From NCBI GenBank assembly GCA_014872655.1, contig WHHJ01000001.1, positions 16,002 to 80,001 of the forward strand: a DNA stretch of 64,000 nt, read 5' to 3'. Below are positions 39,970-49,146 of the stretch, piece by piece (the first letter of the stretch is position 1; every line of letters starts with the position of its first letter). Both the position numbers and the translations under genes were made by a program. The notes below the pieces were generated by a model. That model had not been told where the DNA came from. It saw only the letters and a list, made by a program, of their open reading frames with translations, and did no database searches. This DNA is from Clostridia bacterium (GTDB lineage: Bacteria; Bacillota; Clostridia; Oscillospirales; UBA644).

Positions 39970-40557
39970 TTAGCTGTTAAATAATTCTCCAGCGTCCGGA
40001 ACGGTTTGCGCGCCCTCGTCTGCCTGGAAGTATTCTGCTTTTTCAAAACCAAATATACCTGCAAAAATATTGGCAGGGAAAGTAATGATCGAACTGTTGT
40101 AAGTTTGCGCTTTTTCATTATAGTCTTTCCGAGAAGCGGTAATTCTGTTTTCGGTTCCGGCCAGTTCGTCCTGCAACTGAATAAAATTCTGATTGGATTT
40201 TAAGTCCGGATAATTTTCTACCACAACAAGCAGTCTGGATAGCGCAGAAGACAATTCTTCATCGGCCTGCAATTTGTCTGCGGTAGAGTCGGCTCCGGTC
40301 ATTTTTGCGCGAGCCTCGGTAACGGCGTCGATGACTTCCGTTTCATGTTCCATATAAACTTTTACCGTACTGATTAAATTGGGGATTAAATCTGCACGGC
40401 GCTGTAATTGCGTTTGGATATCGGCTTCTGCCGCGGATACTGCTTCGCGTTTTTGTGCCAATCCATTATAGGTTCCGACGGCTGCAATAATGGCGATCAC
40501 TAATAATGCTGCGATAACAATTAAAACAATCCAGCCGGCTGATAATTTCTTTTTCAT
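39970..40557 (-). CDS. lemA: LemA-family protein
   Basis: N-terminal TM helix, then YNGL...QLQRRADLIPNL...YPDLKSNQNF..LQDEL..TENRI...R.DYN, all typical of LemA. Confidence 0.88.
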   Translation of the reverse strand: MKKKLSAGWIVLIVIAALLVIAIIAAVGTYNGLAQKREAVSAAEADIQTQLQRRADLIPNLISTVKVYMEHETEVIDAVTEARAKMTGADSTADKLQADEELSSALSRLLVVVENYPDLKSNQNFIQLQDELAGTENRITASRKDYNEKAQTYNSSIITFPANIFAGIFGFEKAEYFQADEGAQTVPDAGELFNS

Positions 40558-40615
40558 AATAATCCTCCGATATTTTTTCTATATTATACTATATCTGTCG
40601 AATGAAGTCAATACA

Positions 40616-41632
40616 TTACAAAAAAGGCAATAAATGTCTTTTTGCAAAGTTGCGGGTAAATGATTCTGTGGCCAGTATGGCATTTTCTGTGGGCGGGGTC
40701 AGATGATAAATGCCCAGGTCGTCTTTGCCGGTTTTGTGGGCGAATCCGCTTTGTAAAATTCGGGTTCGAACAACCGGATGGGATTTTACTTGATATAGAT
40801 CTGCAATAAGTTGTCGTTTTGCATTCGTCGGGACTATCCCGATTCGGCTAACCGCTCGTATTGGTTCTATAAAAAAAATGCTGTCTGCATTTGGAAAAAT
40901 AGCATATCCATGCTTGCCGGTTTTGATGACAGAAAAACGAGTGGTTGGCTGTGCGGCAAATTCTGTAATGCAAAAGCTTTTTCTGAAGAGTTCGTCAGAT
41001 GTGTTTTGAGCGGTGCAGTTCACGATGATTTGTGCTCTAACCTTTTTTCCGTCTTCGGTTACGGCGGTGTGCTCGTTGATGGGTTGCATAGAGGTTCCTT
41101 CATGTAGCAATACGCCTTGAACCGACAAATATTCCGCCAAATCCGAGCAAAAGGGGACGGCAGGCAGGACGGCGGCTCCATTTTTTCGAAGAATGCCGTT
41201 GGTTCGTAATTCTTTGTGCGACGGAACCAATGCATTTTTTAAGATGGTACATCCGGGTTGGGGATGATCGGAGTCCGGAAGATTTTTTAAAGCAATCAGC
41301 TGCAGTAACGGGATTGGGGTAAGGGGCGTATGATGTCCGATCTGTTTTTGCAGATGGATGATTTCAGAAAAACTTTTTTGTTGTTCTGTCATAGAATCTG
41401 CATCAGGGCCGTCATATTTGGCCATAAATCCGCTCAGGTAGCGCGTCTTGCCGGAAGCAATAATGTTTTTTTCGGCCAGCAGCGTTTCAATTTTGTTTTT
41501 ATTGAGTATATATGCCAGCAATAGTCCGCATAGACCTCCTCCGATAATCAGAACTTGCGTGGACGTGTTTTGACGGAGTGGCTGGAACGTCATGCGTGTA
41601 TCTTTTCCGGAGAAAAAATCAAATTTCATCAA
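40616..41632 (-). CDS. FAD-dependent oxidoreductase (DAO-like, short)
   Basis: Rossmann motif VLIIGGGLCGLLLAY. GAGGTG SD upstream. Confidence 0.65.
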   Translation of the reverse strand: MMKFDFFSGKDTRMTFQPLRQNTSTQVLIIGGGLCGLLLAYILNKNKIETLLAEKNIIASGKTRYLSGFMAKYDGPDADSMTEQQKSFSEIIHLQKQIGHHTPLTPIPLLQLIALKNLPDSDHPQPGCTILKNALVPSHKELRTNGILRKNGAAVLPAVPFCSDLAEYLSVQGVLLHEGTSMQPINEHTAVTEDGKKVRAQIIVNCTAQNTSDELFRKSFCITEFAAQPTTRFSVIKTGKHGYAIFPNADSIFFIEPIRAVSRIGIVPTNAKRQLIADLYQVKSHPVVRTRILQSGFAHKTGKDDLGIYHLTPPTENAILATESFTRNFAKRHLLPFL

Positions 41633-41677
41633 AAGTCACCTCACTTGCATTTTTGCCGGATTATTCCCATTTTATGC

Positions 41678-41706
41678 TTGACAATCCTGGAATGAAATGG
41701 TATGAT
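41678..41706 (+). promoter_or_regulatory. sigma-A-type promoter for the lipoprotein / VanZ / ABC gene group
   Basis: TTGACA, 17 nt, TATGAT. GGAGAGG SD precedes ATG 41727. Confidence 0.55.
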
Positions 41707-41726
41707 TATCGGAGAGGTGTTTTTGG

Positions 41727-42248
41727 ATGCGAAAAGGGTTTATGGCGGGCTTTTCCGTCTTTTTATGTTTGATTCTTTGTGCCTGTTCGTCTTCTCAGCG
41801 GGAGTACGGATATTTGCCGGTATACGATGAAAATGTTGAGTCTTCTGTTTTGACGTTGCAGCAGGGCCAGAATATATCTTTTACGGTACAGATTGACCGG
41901 GAATGGTGTGGGCTGCAAATAGCGACGCCTGTTTCAACCGAAACGCCGCAAACGATGAATATTTCGGTTTACCGATATGCTTCGGATTATGCGTCTACCG
42001 TTGCATCGTCAGAGCGTTTGGTCGGACAGCAGTTGACCTGTTCCTTGCCGGACTCACAGCAGACTTTGTATTTTGACCGCATGGAAAGCGGAACGTATCT
42101 GATTATGATAGAAGCTACGTCTGAAACGGCAGAATTGCGAGGATATGCGGCAGGCGGATCGGTTTCGGGCTTTCAGTTTTTACGAGACGGCGTTGTGCAG
42201 GAGAGCGGAAGTGTCGGTATTTGTTTGATTTATGAAATAACAGATTGA
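41727..42248 (+). CDS. hypothetical lipoprotein
   Basis: Lipobox LILCAC after a hydrophobic signal sequence. No known domain recognised. Confidence 0.6.
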   Translation: MRKGFMAGFSVFLCLILCACSSSQREYGYLPVYDENVESSVLTLQQGQNISFTVQIDREWCGLQIATPVSTETPQTMNISVYRYASDYASTVASSERLVGQQLTCSLPDSQQTLYFDRMESGTYLIMIEATSETAELRGYAAGGSVSGFQFLRDGVVQESGSVGICLIYEITD

Positions 42249-42288
42249 CCTTATGTTTGAATGAAAAGAATAGAATAAAGAGGTTTTC

Positions 42289-42885
42289 ATGCAAATAGTA
42301 GCAAATATTTTTTTATCCATGTTGCCTTATCTTGCGATGGCTATCCCGCTTATAGCCTTAGTGCGTTCGATGATTCTGCGACAGTTTGGGATTCGGGGAA
42401 TTCACACCACGGTTGTGCGGGAAGTTTTGGTTTGGATTTTTGTTTTATATATTGTAGGAATTGCTTCGCAGACGATATTGCCGGAGGTGGCACTTTCTTC
42501 AGAAGGTATTAGTCTTTCCGGCTATGGATATCGTTCGGTCAATTTTGAGTTGTTCCGAATCTTGCAACTTGTAAAATTTGGTGGGGACTATGCATTGATT
42601 CGGTATTTTTTGTGTAATATCTTGATGATGGCTCCGATTAGTTTCTTTTCGGACTTGTTATACCATGACGCAAAATGGTATCGCGGAATTCTGATTGGGT
42701 TCTGCAGTTCTGTTTTTATTGAATGGATTCAGTTATTTGTCGGACGCTGTTTTGATGTGGACGACATGATGATGAATACTTTCGGGGCAGTGATCGGGGC
42801 GCTGTTGTATTTATTGATTGCGCATGCGTTCCCGGCGGCTGTGAAAAAATGCAGAGTATCATATGAAATCAGAGGAGAGGAATAA
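42289..42885 (+). CDS. VanZ-family membrane protein
   Basis: Four-TM protein with NILMMAPISFF and FDVDDMMMNTFGAVIGA, typical of VanZ-like proteins. Confidence 0.7.
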   Translation: MQIVANIFLSMLPYLAMAIPLIALVRSMILRQFGIRGIHTTVVREVLVWIFVLYIVGIASQTILPEVALSSEGISLSGYGYRSVNFELFRILQLVKFGGDYALIRYFLCNILMMAPISFFSDLLYHDAKWYRGILIGFCSSVFIEWIQLFVGRCFDVDDMMMNTFGAVIGALLYLLIAHAFPAAVKKCRVSYEIRGEE

Positions 42886-42891
42886 ATTTTT

Positions 42892-45558
42892 ATGTTGGTA
42901 TTAAAGGACATCTTTAAGGAGTATCGATCGGAAAATTCGGTGGTTCCGGCCTTGCAGGGAATCAGTCTGTCATTTCGGAAGAATGAATTTGTCTGTATTT
43001 TAGGGCAGTCTGGCTGCGGGAAGACGACGTTATTAAATATTATCGGCGGTCTGGATCGGTATACGACGGGGGATTTGGTGATCAACGGCCGCTCTACCAA
43101 GTTTTTCCGTGACCGGGATTGGGACGCATATCGGAACCATTCGGTCGGATTTGTTTTTCAGAGCTATAACCTGATTCCGCATCAGTCTGTTTTGGCGAAT
43201 GTTGAACTGGCTTTGACGTTGTCGGGCGTATCTCGTTCAGAACGGCGGAAGCGTGCTGTAGAAGCATTAAAGAGTGTCGGTCTGGAAGACCAGATACAAA
43301 AAAAGCCTAATCAGCTTTCTGGCGGACAGATGCAGCGTGTCGCGATTGCTCGCGCGTTAGTCAATAATCCGGATATTTTATTAGCGGACGAACCTACCGG
43401 CGCTTTAGACTCGGCAACCAGCGTACAGGTGATGGAGATTTTAAAAGAAGTGGCAAAACAGCGGTTGGTGATTATGGTAACCCATAATCCGGAACTTGCC
43501 GAAAAATACGCCACTCGAATCATTCGTTTGCTGGATGGAAAAGTAACATCGGATTCTGCCCCGATGACAGAAGAAGAGGCTCCGGCTGCTGCCTCGACGC
43601 AAAAGAAAAAGCAAAAAGCGCCGAAGAAAAAGTTGCCGTCAATGTCTTTCTTTACAGCGCTGTCACTGAGTTTAAATAATTTAAGAACCAAAAAAGGACG
43701 GACGTTGATGACGGCTTTTGCCGGCAGCATTGGTATCATCGGGATTGCGCTGATTTTGTCGCTTTCATCCGGCTTGCAGAATTATATCAACAAAACCGAG
43801 CAAAGCACGCTGTCCAGTTATCCGATTATGTTGGAAGATACGTCTGTGGATATGGCCGGCATGATGTCCTCGATGATGCAGATGAATACGCAGACTCAGA
43901 CGGAGCGCGATGAAAATCGTATCTATCCCAATGATGTGTTGACGCGGATGACCGATGTGATGTTTGCCGACACTAAAGAAAATGATTTAAAAAAGTTTAA
44001 GGAATATATTGAGCAAAATCAGGACCTGTTCGACACCTACTCCAGCGACATTCAGTATGGATATGATACGCCGCTGAATATCTATAAAGCCGACACGTCA
44101 GACGGCGCGTATCAGGTTAATCCCAGCACAGTCTTTGAAAAGCTGGGACTAAACACCTCCATGTCTACCGGCGAGAATGAAGCGATGGATTCGGTGTCCG
44201 GAGCTATGACCTCTTATCAAAATACGGACGTGTGGACGGAACTGATCCAAAATCAGGCCATTTTAGAAAATGATTATGAGGTGATTGCCGGAAGAATGCC
44301 TCAACAATATAATGAGGTCGTTGTGATCGTCAATCAGGACAACGAGATCAGCGATTATACGTTGTATTCGTTGGGCTTGCTGGATCCGGAAAATTTGACG
44401 CAAGACACGCAGAATCAGTCAGAATCACAGTCGACTCAGCCCGAGTCTTATTCTTATGACGACTTTTTGAATTTAAAGTTTAAATTGTTGCTGCCCCCGG
44501 ATTTTTATGAGCAGCAGCCGGACGGAACCTGGGTGGATAAACGGGAAGACGAGATGTATTTAGTCAACCGGATCAATCAGGCCGAAGAGTTGTCTGTAGT
44601 AGGAATTTTGCGTCAGACCTCGGATTCCGGACTGGATAACCAAACCGGCTATATCGGGTATTTGCCTCAGTTGACGACGTATGTGATTGAAAAAGTAAAC
44701 AACAGTCCGATCGTTTTGCAACAGATGCAGAACCCGGAAACAGACGTGTTTACGGGGTTGCAATTCCCGGATCCGGATCAGCCTCAAACGTATACCATGC
44801 AGGATGTTCAAGACTATATGGCAACCCAGCCGGAAACGATGCAGATACAGTTCCAGGCTTGGATCGACCAAATGCGAGCAGCAGGGATGTCGGAAGAAAA
44901 AATCGTTGAATTATTTGCAGAATCCGTGTTTGAGAAAGTGTCGGAGTCTACCTACGAAAACAACTTGAAAAGTTTAGGGGTTTCGGATTTAGACGATCCG
45001 TCTTCGATTCGTATTTATCCGATTGATTTTGAGTCCAAGGAAGAACTTTCCGCGTTGATTGACAAGTATAATGAAGGCAAGTCGGAAGCGGAACAGATCA
45101 CGTATACGGATTATATCGGGCTGATGATGTCTTCGATTACAACGATCATCAATTCGGTCAGTTATGTGCTGATTGCGTTTGTGGCTATTTCGCTGGTTGT
45201 ATCTTCGATTATGATTGGGATTATTACCTATATTTCTGTTTTGGAACGAACCAAAGAAATTGGAATCCTGCGCGCGGTGGGAGCATCGAAGCGAGACGTT
45301 TCGCGTGTGTTTAACGCTGAAACGCTGGCGGTCGGATTTTCTGCCGGTTTGTTGGGCATTATCGTAACGTTACTGTTGAATATCCCTTTGAATTTGGTGA
45401 TTGAATCTTTATCCGGAATTTCCGGCGTGGCCGCACTGCCTTGGCAAGGCGCGGTGATATTGATTGTGATCAGTATGCTTTTGACGTTCATTGCCGGATT
45501 GATTCCTTCTCGAGTGGCTTCCAACAAGGATCCTGTTGTGGCGCTGCGGACGGAGTAG
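42892..45558 (+). CDS. fused ABC transporter ATPase + FtsX/MacB-type permease with a large extracytoplasmic domain
   Basis: N-terminal MacB/LolD-like NBD (GQSGCGKTT, LSGGQMQRVAIARAL, LLADEPTGALD). One TM helix, a roughly 470 aa hydrophilic domain, then three C-terminal FtsX helices (ERTKEIGILRAVGASKRDV). Confidence 0.85.
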   Translation: MLVLKDIFKEYRSENSVVPALQGISLSFRKNEFVCILGQSGCGKTTLLNIIGGLDRYTTGDLVINGRSTKFFRDRDWDAYRNHSVGFVFQSYNLIPHQSVLANVELALTLSGVSRSERRKRAVEALKSVGLEDQIQKKPNQLSGGQMQRVAIARALVNNPDILLADEPTGALDSATSVQVMEILKEVAKQRLVIMVTHNPELAEKYATRIIRLLDGKVTSDSAPMTEEEAPAAASTQKKKQKAPKKKLPSMSFFTALSLSLNNLRTKKGRTLMTAFAGSIGIIGIALILSLSSGLQNYINKTEQSTLSSYPIMLEDTSVDMAGMMSSMMQMNTQTQTERDENRIYPNDVLTRMTDVMFADTKENDLKKFKEYIEQNQDLFDTYSSDIQYGYDTPLNIYKADTSDGAYQVNPSTVFEKLGLNTSMSTGENEAMDSVSGAMTSYQNTDVWTELIQNQAILENDYEVIAGRMPQQYNEVVVIVNQDNEISDYTLYSLGLLDPENLTQDTQNQSESQSTQPESYSYDDFLNLKFKLLLPPDFYEQQPDGTWVDKREDEMYLVNRINQAEELSVVGILRQTSDSGLDNQTGYIGYLPQLTTYVIEKVNNSPIVLQQMQNPETDVFTGLQFPDPDQPQTYTMQDVQDYMATQPETMQIQFQAWIDQMRAAGMSEEKIVELFAESVFEKVSESTYENNLKSLGVSDLDDPSSIRIYPIDFESKEELSALIDKYNEGKSEAEQITYTDYIGLMMSSITTIINSVSYVLIAFVAISLVVSSIMIGIITYISVLERTKEIGILRAVGASKRDVSRVFNAETLAVGFSAGLLGIIVTLLLNIPLNLVIESLSGISGVAALPWQGAVILIVISMLLTFIAGLIPSRVASNKDPVVALRTE

Positions 45559-45620
45559 GATTTTTGGGGATAAGAACAGCGAACAATCCGATAGATGAAA
45601 AATCAAAGCTGCAACGTTTA

Positions 45621-45676
45621 AAAAAGAAAGCGGGTACAGCCTATGCATAATGCATGGGTCTGTGCCCGCTTTTATT
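45621..45676. terminator. bidirectional terminator between the ABC gene and the convergent lipoprotein gene
   Basis: Long hairpin AGCGGGTACAG...CTGTGCCCGCT with an inner ATGCAT palindrome. An A/T-rich run on the 5' side gives a T-run on the minus strand, and TTTTATT follows on the 3' side. Confidence 0.7.
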
Positions 45677-45887
45677 ACAATGCGTAACTGTTTTTTTGTA
45701 AAAAGTGTTAAGGATTTTATTAAAACAAAATGTCCGTTGATGGGTTCAAAAATGTTCCGGAGTAATCTCAAAGCCAGAGAGGGGCAGTCATGGCATCGTT
45801 TTGTTTTAGTACGGCTTTCAGCAGGATCCCCCGAAAGGTTTGTGGGGTGTTATCCCAAAATATGATCAATCCGTACGAATTAAGTGA

Positions 45888-47117
45888 TTATGGGTTGCTG
45901 ATGGTATATAAAACAGCTTCTGCCGGCTCTATGGTAAGAGAGAGCGTGCTGGTTTGCTGTGTTTGTCCCGTATCAAAATCTGTGGCTTTTACGGATTGCG
46001 GAAACGTGATGCTTCCGGTTGTAGGCTGCGTGTCGTTGACTTGCAGGTTGACGATAAGCATGTATTGGTTTTTGGCGTCGGTAAACAGTCCGATCAGCAG
46101 CGTCCCGGAAGTATCTACGGTAAAGTCTGCGTCGGCTAAATGATCCAGATAATATACGTTTTCCTGTCTCAGGCCCAGTCCGGTTTGGTAGACGGCTTGC
46201 GAGGTTTTGTTCAGCAAAAAGTTCCCCATGGCTTTGACGCGCATGTTGATGGCGGTTAAGGCATCATAGTTTTCACTTTTTTCTCCGCTTTCGGTGACCA
46301 GTGCGCCGTAACTGGTATAATAACTGAGTCCTTTCACCCCGTAGCACAGGGCGGCATACATCTGTCCTTTTGTCTTTTCCACCGTCATAAATTCGGGCGT
46401 CTTATTTTGCAGATCTCCCACGGCCTGGAAATAAAACCAGAAAGGTTTGGATGTTTCCAAAGATTTTTTTCTTAAGTATCCGAGGTCCTGCCATAAACTG
46501 CTGCCAACCAGTTGTGAATTTTCGTCAGTGTAGGGATAATAATCCATTGACAAAACCGGGGGATCAATGGTTTTAAGATAAGTATCTACATAAATGGGAT
46601 AACGGCCAGAAGCCCAGTCATATTTCCCATAACTGGGATAGATACACGAAAACGCCAATTTTTGCGGCGCCAACTTTTGAAATGCTTGTTTAATTTTTGC
46701 GGTATTTTCGAATTGTTCCATGGTGGGTTCGTCCCAGACATAAAATCCGATATTATATTGATATTTTTGCAGATTTTGTACGGTTTGTTCTGCGATTTGG
46801 TCTGTAAACGGCGGAGCCTGGTCTCCAAACCCACTGTACTGTGTCAGATCCTGCGCTAAGTTGTTTAGTTTGATCTCTTCGCAGACTTGAAGGGAGGTGT
46901 CTAAAGCTTGTCCGGAAAGGAACGTCAATTCTACCAGATTGATGCCGGATTCTTTAGTGAGCGTTAACATCTTGGTGTATTGTTGCTTGTCTGCGCTCCC
47001 GCCTACGGCAAAAAAGGTCGATAAAACAAATTGATCCTGCTTTCTGACAACGCCGCAGGAAGATAGCAGCAAAACAGAAGTCATGGCCAGTGTAATGGTT
47101 TTGAATATCCGTTTCAT
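45888..47117 (-). CDS. lipoprotein, putative clan GH-A-like glycoside hydrolase
   Basis: MKRIFKT...LLLSSCG lipobox from ATG 47117 (AAGGAG SD). TIM-barrel-like pattern with FYVWDEP (NEP-like acid/base motif). Family not identified. Confidence 0.5.
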   Translation of the reverse strand: MKRIFKTITLAMTSVLLLSSCGVVRKQDQFVLSTFFAVGGSADKQQYTKMLTLTKESGINLVELTFLSGQALDTSLQVCEEIKLNNLAQDLTQYSGFGDQAPPFTDQIAEQTVQNLQKYQYNIGFYVWDEPTMEQFENTAKIKQAFQKLAPQKLAFSCIYPSYGKYDWASGRYPIYVDTYLKTIDPPVLSMDYYPYTDENSQLVGSSLWQDLGYLRKKSLETSKPFWFYFQAVGDLQNKTPEFMTVEKTKGQMYAALCYGVKGLSYYTSYGALVTESGEKSENYDALTAINMRVKAMGNFLLNKTSQAVYQTGLGLRQENVYYLDHLADADFTVDTSGTLLIGLFTDAKNQYMLIVNLQVNDTQPTTGSITFPQSVKATDFDTGQTQQTSTLSLTIEPAEAVLYTISNP

Positions 47118-47182
47118 TTTCAAACTCCTTTCTGTGCAGGGAAGATGAAAAAAATACAACCATTTGTTTTATGCACACAAAA

Positions 47183-47208
47183 AGCCGGACCAAGTTATTG
47201 GTCCGGCT
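47183..47208 (-). terminator. rho-independent terminator directly after the 540 aa gene
   Basis: Stem AGCCGGACCA / TGGTCCGGCT. On the minus strand it is followed by TTTTGTGTG. Confidence 0.7.
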
Positions 47209-47213
47209 CTTTT

Positions 47214-48836
47214 TTACAGGTTGTAACTGTAGCTGAGCCGTCCCATCGGCAAGCATTTTCCTGTAATGTAATAGTCGTTGATGTCTTTGATGTGTTCTAC
47301 GCTGTCTGCCACTTTAAAATAGATGCAAGGACAGTTTTCGTCAGCGCCGATCATGTCCCGAGGAATCTCAATCTGCATTTGATTTCCTTGTACACTCATT
47401 TCAATGGTTTGATACGTAATTGTGTTGCCGGATTGATTAAGTTTGTCGCAAGAACCCGGCTGCCGGCGATTGATGACATAGGAATAGCTTTCCCAGCCTT
47501 GTTTTTTGGGTTCTCCGGCGCTGATGAATAAGTTCATCCAATTCGGCATATGCTCTTGCGTGATATCCGATTCTGTTTCAATCAAGAAATAAAGATTGTT
47601 GATGTCGTGGGTGACTTTGACACGCTGAATATTATTTGCGGCAGGATCCGTATGATAGGTGAGTCCTTCTTGTACGGTTTTGCCGTCTCTTTGCGGATTT
47701 TTAAGATTTAGTGCTTCGTAAACGCAGTCGACGTCTTCCCATTGTTCGGCGCCTGCGTGGATATCGATGGTTTTTTGTTTGTTTTGCGATTTTTCTTCCG
47801 ATTGTCCTTTAAATTTCCGGATATTTCGAATCATTTGCAAATAGAAGGCGTCCTGATACCCGCCCCGCATCGGTTCGATATCTCTGGAGTATTCTTCATT
47901 AAAGCAATCAATAAAAACAATATTGCCCTCGTGATAGATCTTTTGGGCGCCCCATTCGTTCCAGCCTGTAATAAAGACGTTTTGAGCGTCTTGCTGCATG
48001 GCGTTATCCCATTGGCTTTGGAAGTTTTGTCCCAGCCGATAACTTTCATGATTTTCATGACCTTGGTGATCGTATCCGCGACCCCAGTTCCCGTCACACA
48101 GGCAAAATCCGCCTTTGCTATGCTGCGCTACAGAAACGCTCATAAATTTCCCGTGCAGTGGTTGGGGAAATACCCATTCCATCCAGGGGAACCCGTTTTC
48201 AAAAAATCCCTCATTCGGCCACTGGGCCTTCCAGATATCAAAGAAGTTTTCGATTTCAGGATCTAACTGACCGGGATCAATACGTCCTACGATCACCGGC
48301 CTTCCGTTCGGCTGATACCATAAATCAGGAAAGAGGTTGGCCTTTTCATAAAAGGCTGCATAGATCGAGGTAATGGTTTGTGCAGAATTGGAATTGGTGT
48401 AGCAGGCAATTTTAGGAACGCGCCAGCCTGCTTTTTGGTACTCGTCCAACACACTCATCAGGTTATAGAGTACTTCCGGGTAAAATAATGCGTTGGTGCA
48501 GTCGGTCATCAAATAGTCAATACCGGCCATGATAAACATTTCTACATGCTTGCGGATGACAAAGAGTTCTTTGCTTTGATAATATCCGTACAGTGGCTGT
48601 CCCCAGTAATGAAAACCCCAAAGAGGACTTTCCTGCGGCCCGCTATGATCCCAAAGTGCCTTGGGATTATGTTCCAATAATTGATCTATATTATAGATTT
48701 GATTGTCTTGATCTCCCAACCATAAAAAGTAGAACAATCCTACTTCTTTTTGGTTTTTCTCCTCCCCGCATGTCGTAACGACGCGTCCGTATTCGTCAAC
48801 ACCGCAGATGCGGTTCATACTCAGATTCTGATCCAT
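47214..48836 (-). CDS. cytoplasmic putative glycoside hydrolase-like protein with a C-terminal beta-sandwich domain
   Basis: 540 aa with no signal peptide. Motifs GLFYFLWLG, WGFHYWGQPLYGYY and FITGWNEWGAQ resemble GH99/WbsX-type TIM barrels. Assignment is tentative. Confidence 0.45.
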   Translation of the reverse strand: MDQNLSMNRICGVDEYGRVVTTCGEEKNQKEVGLFYFLWLGDQDNQIYNIDQLLEHNPKALWDHSGPQESPLWGFHYWGQPLYGYYQSKELFVIRKHVEMFIMAGIDYLMTDCTNALFYPEVLYNLMSVLDEYQKAGWRVPKIACYTNSNSAQTITSIYAAFYEKANLFPDLWYQPNGRPVIVGRIDPGQLDPEIENFFDIWKAQWPNEGFFENGFPWMEWVFPQPLHGKFMSVSVAQHSKGGFCLCDGNWGRGYDHQGHENHESYRLGQNFQSQWDNAMQQDAQNVFITGWNEWGAQKIYHEGNIVFIDCFNEEYSRDIEPMRGGYQDAFYLQMIRNIRKFKGQSEEKSQNKQKTIDIHAGAEQWEDVDCVYEALNLKNPQRDGKTVQEGLTYHTDPAANNIQRVKVTHDINNLYFLIETESDITQEHMPNWMNLFISAGEPKKQGWESYSYVINRRQPGSCDKLNQSGNTITYQTIEMSVQGNQMQIEIPRDMIGADENCPCIYFKVADSVEHIKDINDYYITGKCLPMGRLSYSYNL

Positions 48837-49015
48837 TTATATCCTCCTCATGGGTAAAATACCTTTTTTATTGTACATGATAACTTATAAAAAAGCAAGA
48901 GTTTTTTATTTTTTTTCTAAAAATCTTTGGGAACTCGGTTATAAGGCTATCAGGGGTGTCAAAAACGTGTATTTGAGAACGAAAAATGCGTTTTAATAAA
49001 AAAAATGTATACAAA

Positions 49016-49085
49016 TTGTGATTTTGCCATTGACATTTATCACAATTTGTGATATAATAATCTCACAAAAGGAAGAATATCACAA
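49016..49085 (+). promoter_or_regulatory. consensus promoter overlapped by an operator-like array of ATCACAA/TTGTGAT heptamers
   Basis: TTGACA (49031-36), 16 nt, TATAAT (49053-58). Perfect palindrome ATCACAA-T-TTGTGAT at 49039-49053. Extra half-sites TTGTGAT 49016-22, cTCACAA 49062-68 and ATCACAA 49079-85. Confidence 0.6.
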
Positions 49086-49146
49086 CCAAAACCGGAATAC
49101 ATATTATCGGAAAGGTTGTTTTCATAAAAGAAAGGCGGTATAAAAG

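Noticed and set aside
45676-45887. About 210 nt unannotated stretch after the lipoprotein gene, with a GGTTCAAAA T-loop-like string
   Set aside because: No cloverleaf can be built around it, so it is not a tRNA. The two small plus-strand ORFs lack an SD. It is most simply a 3' UTR leading to the shared bidirectional terminator.
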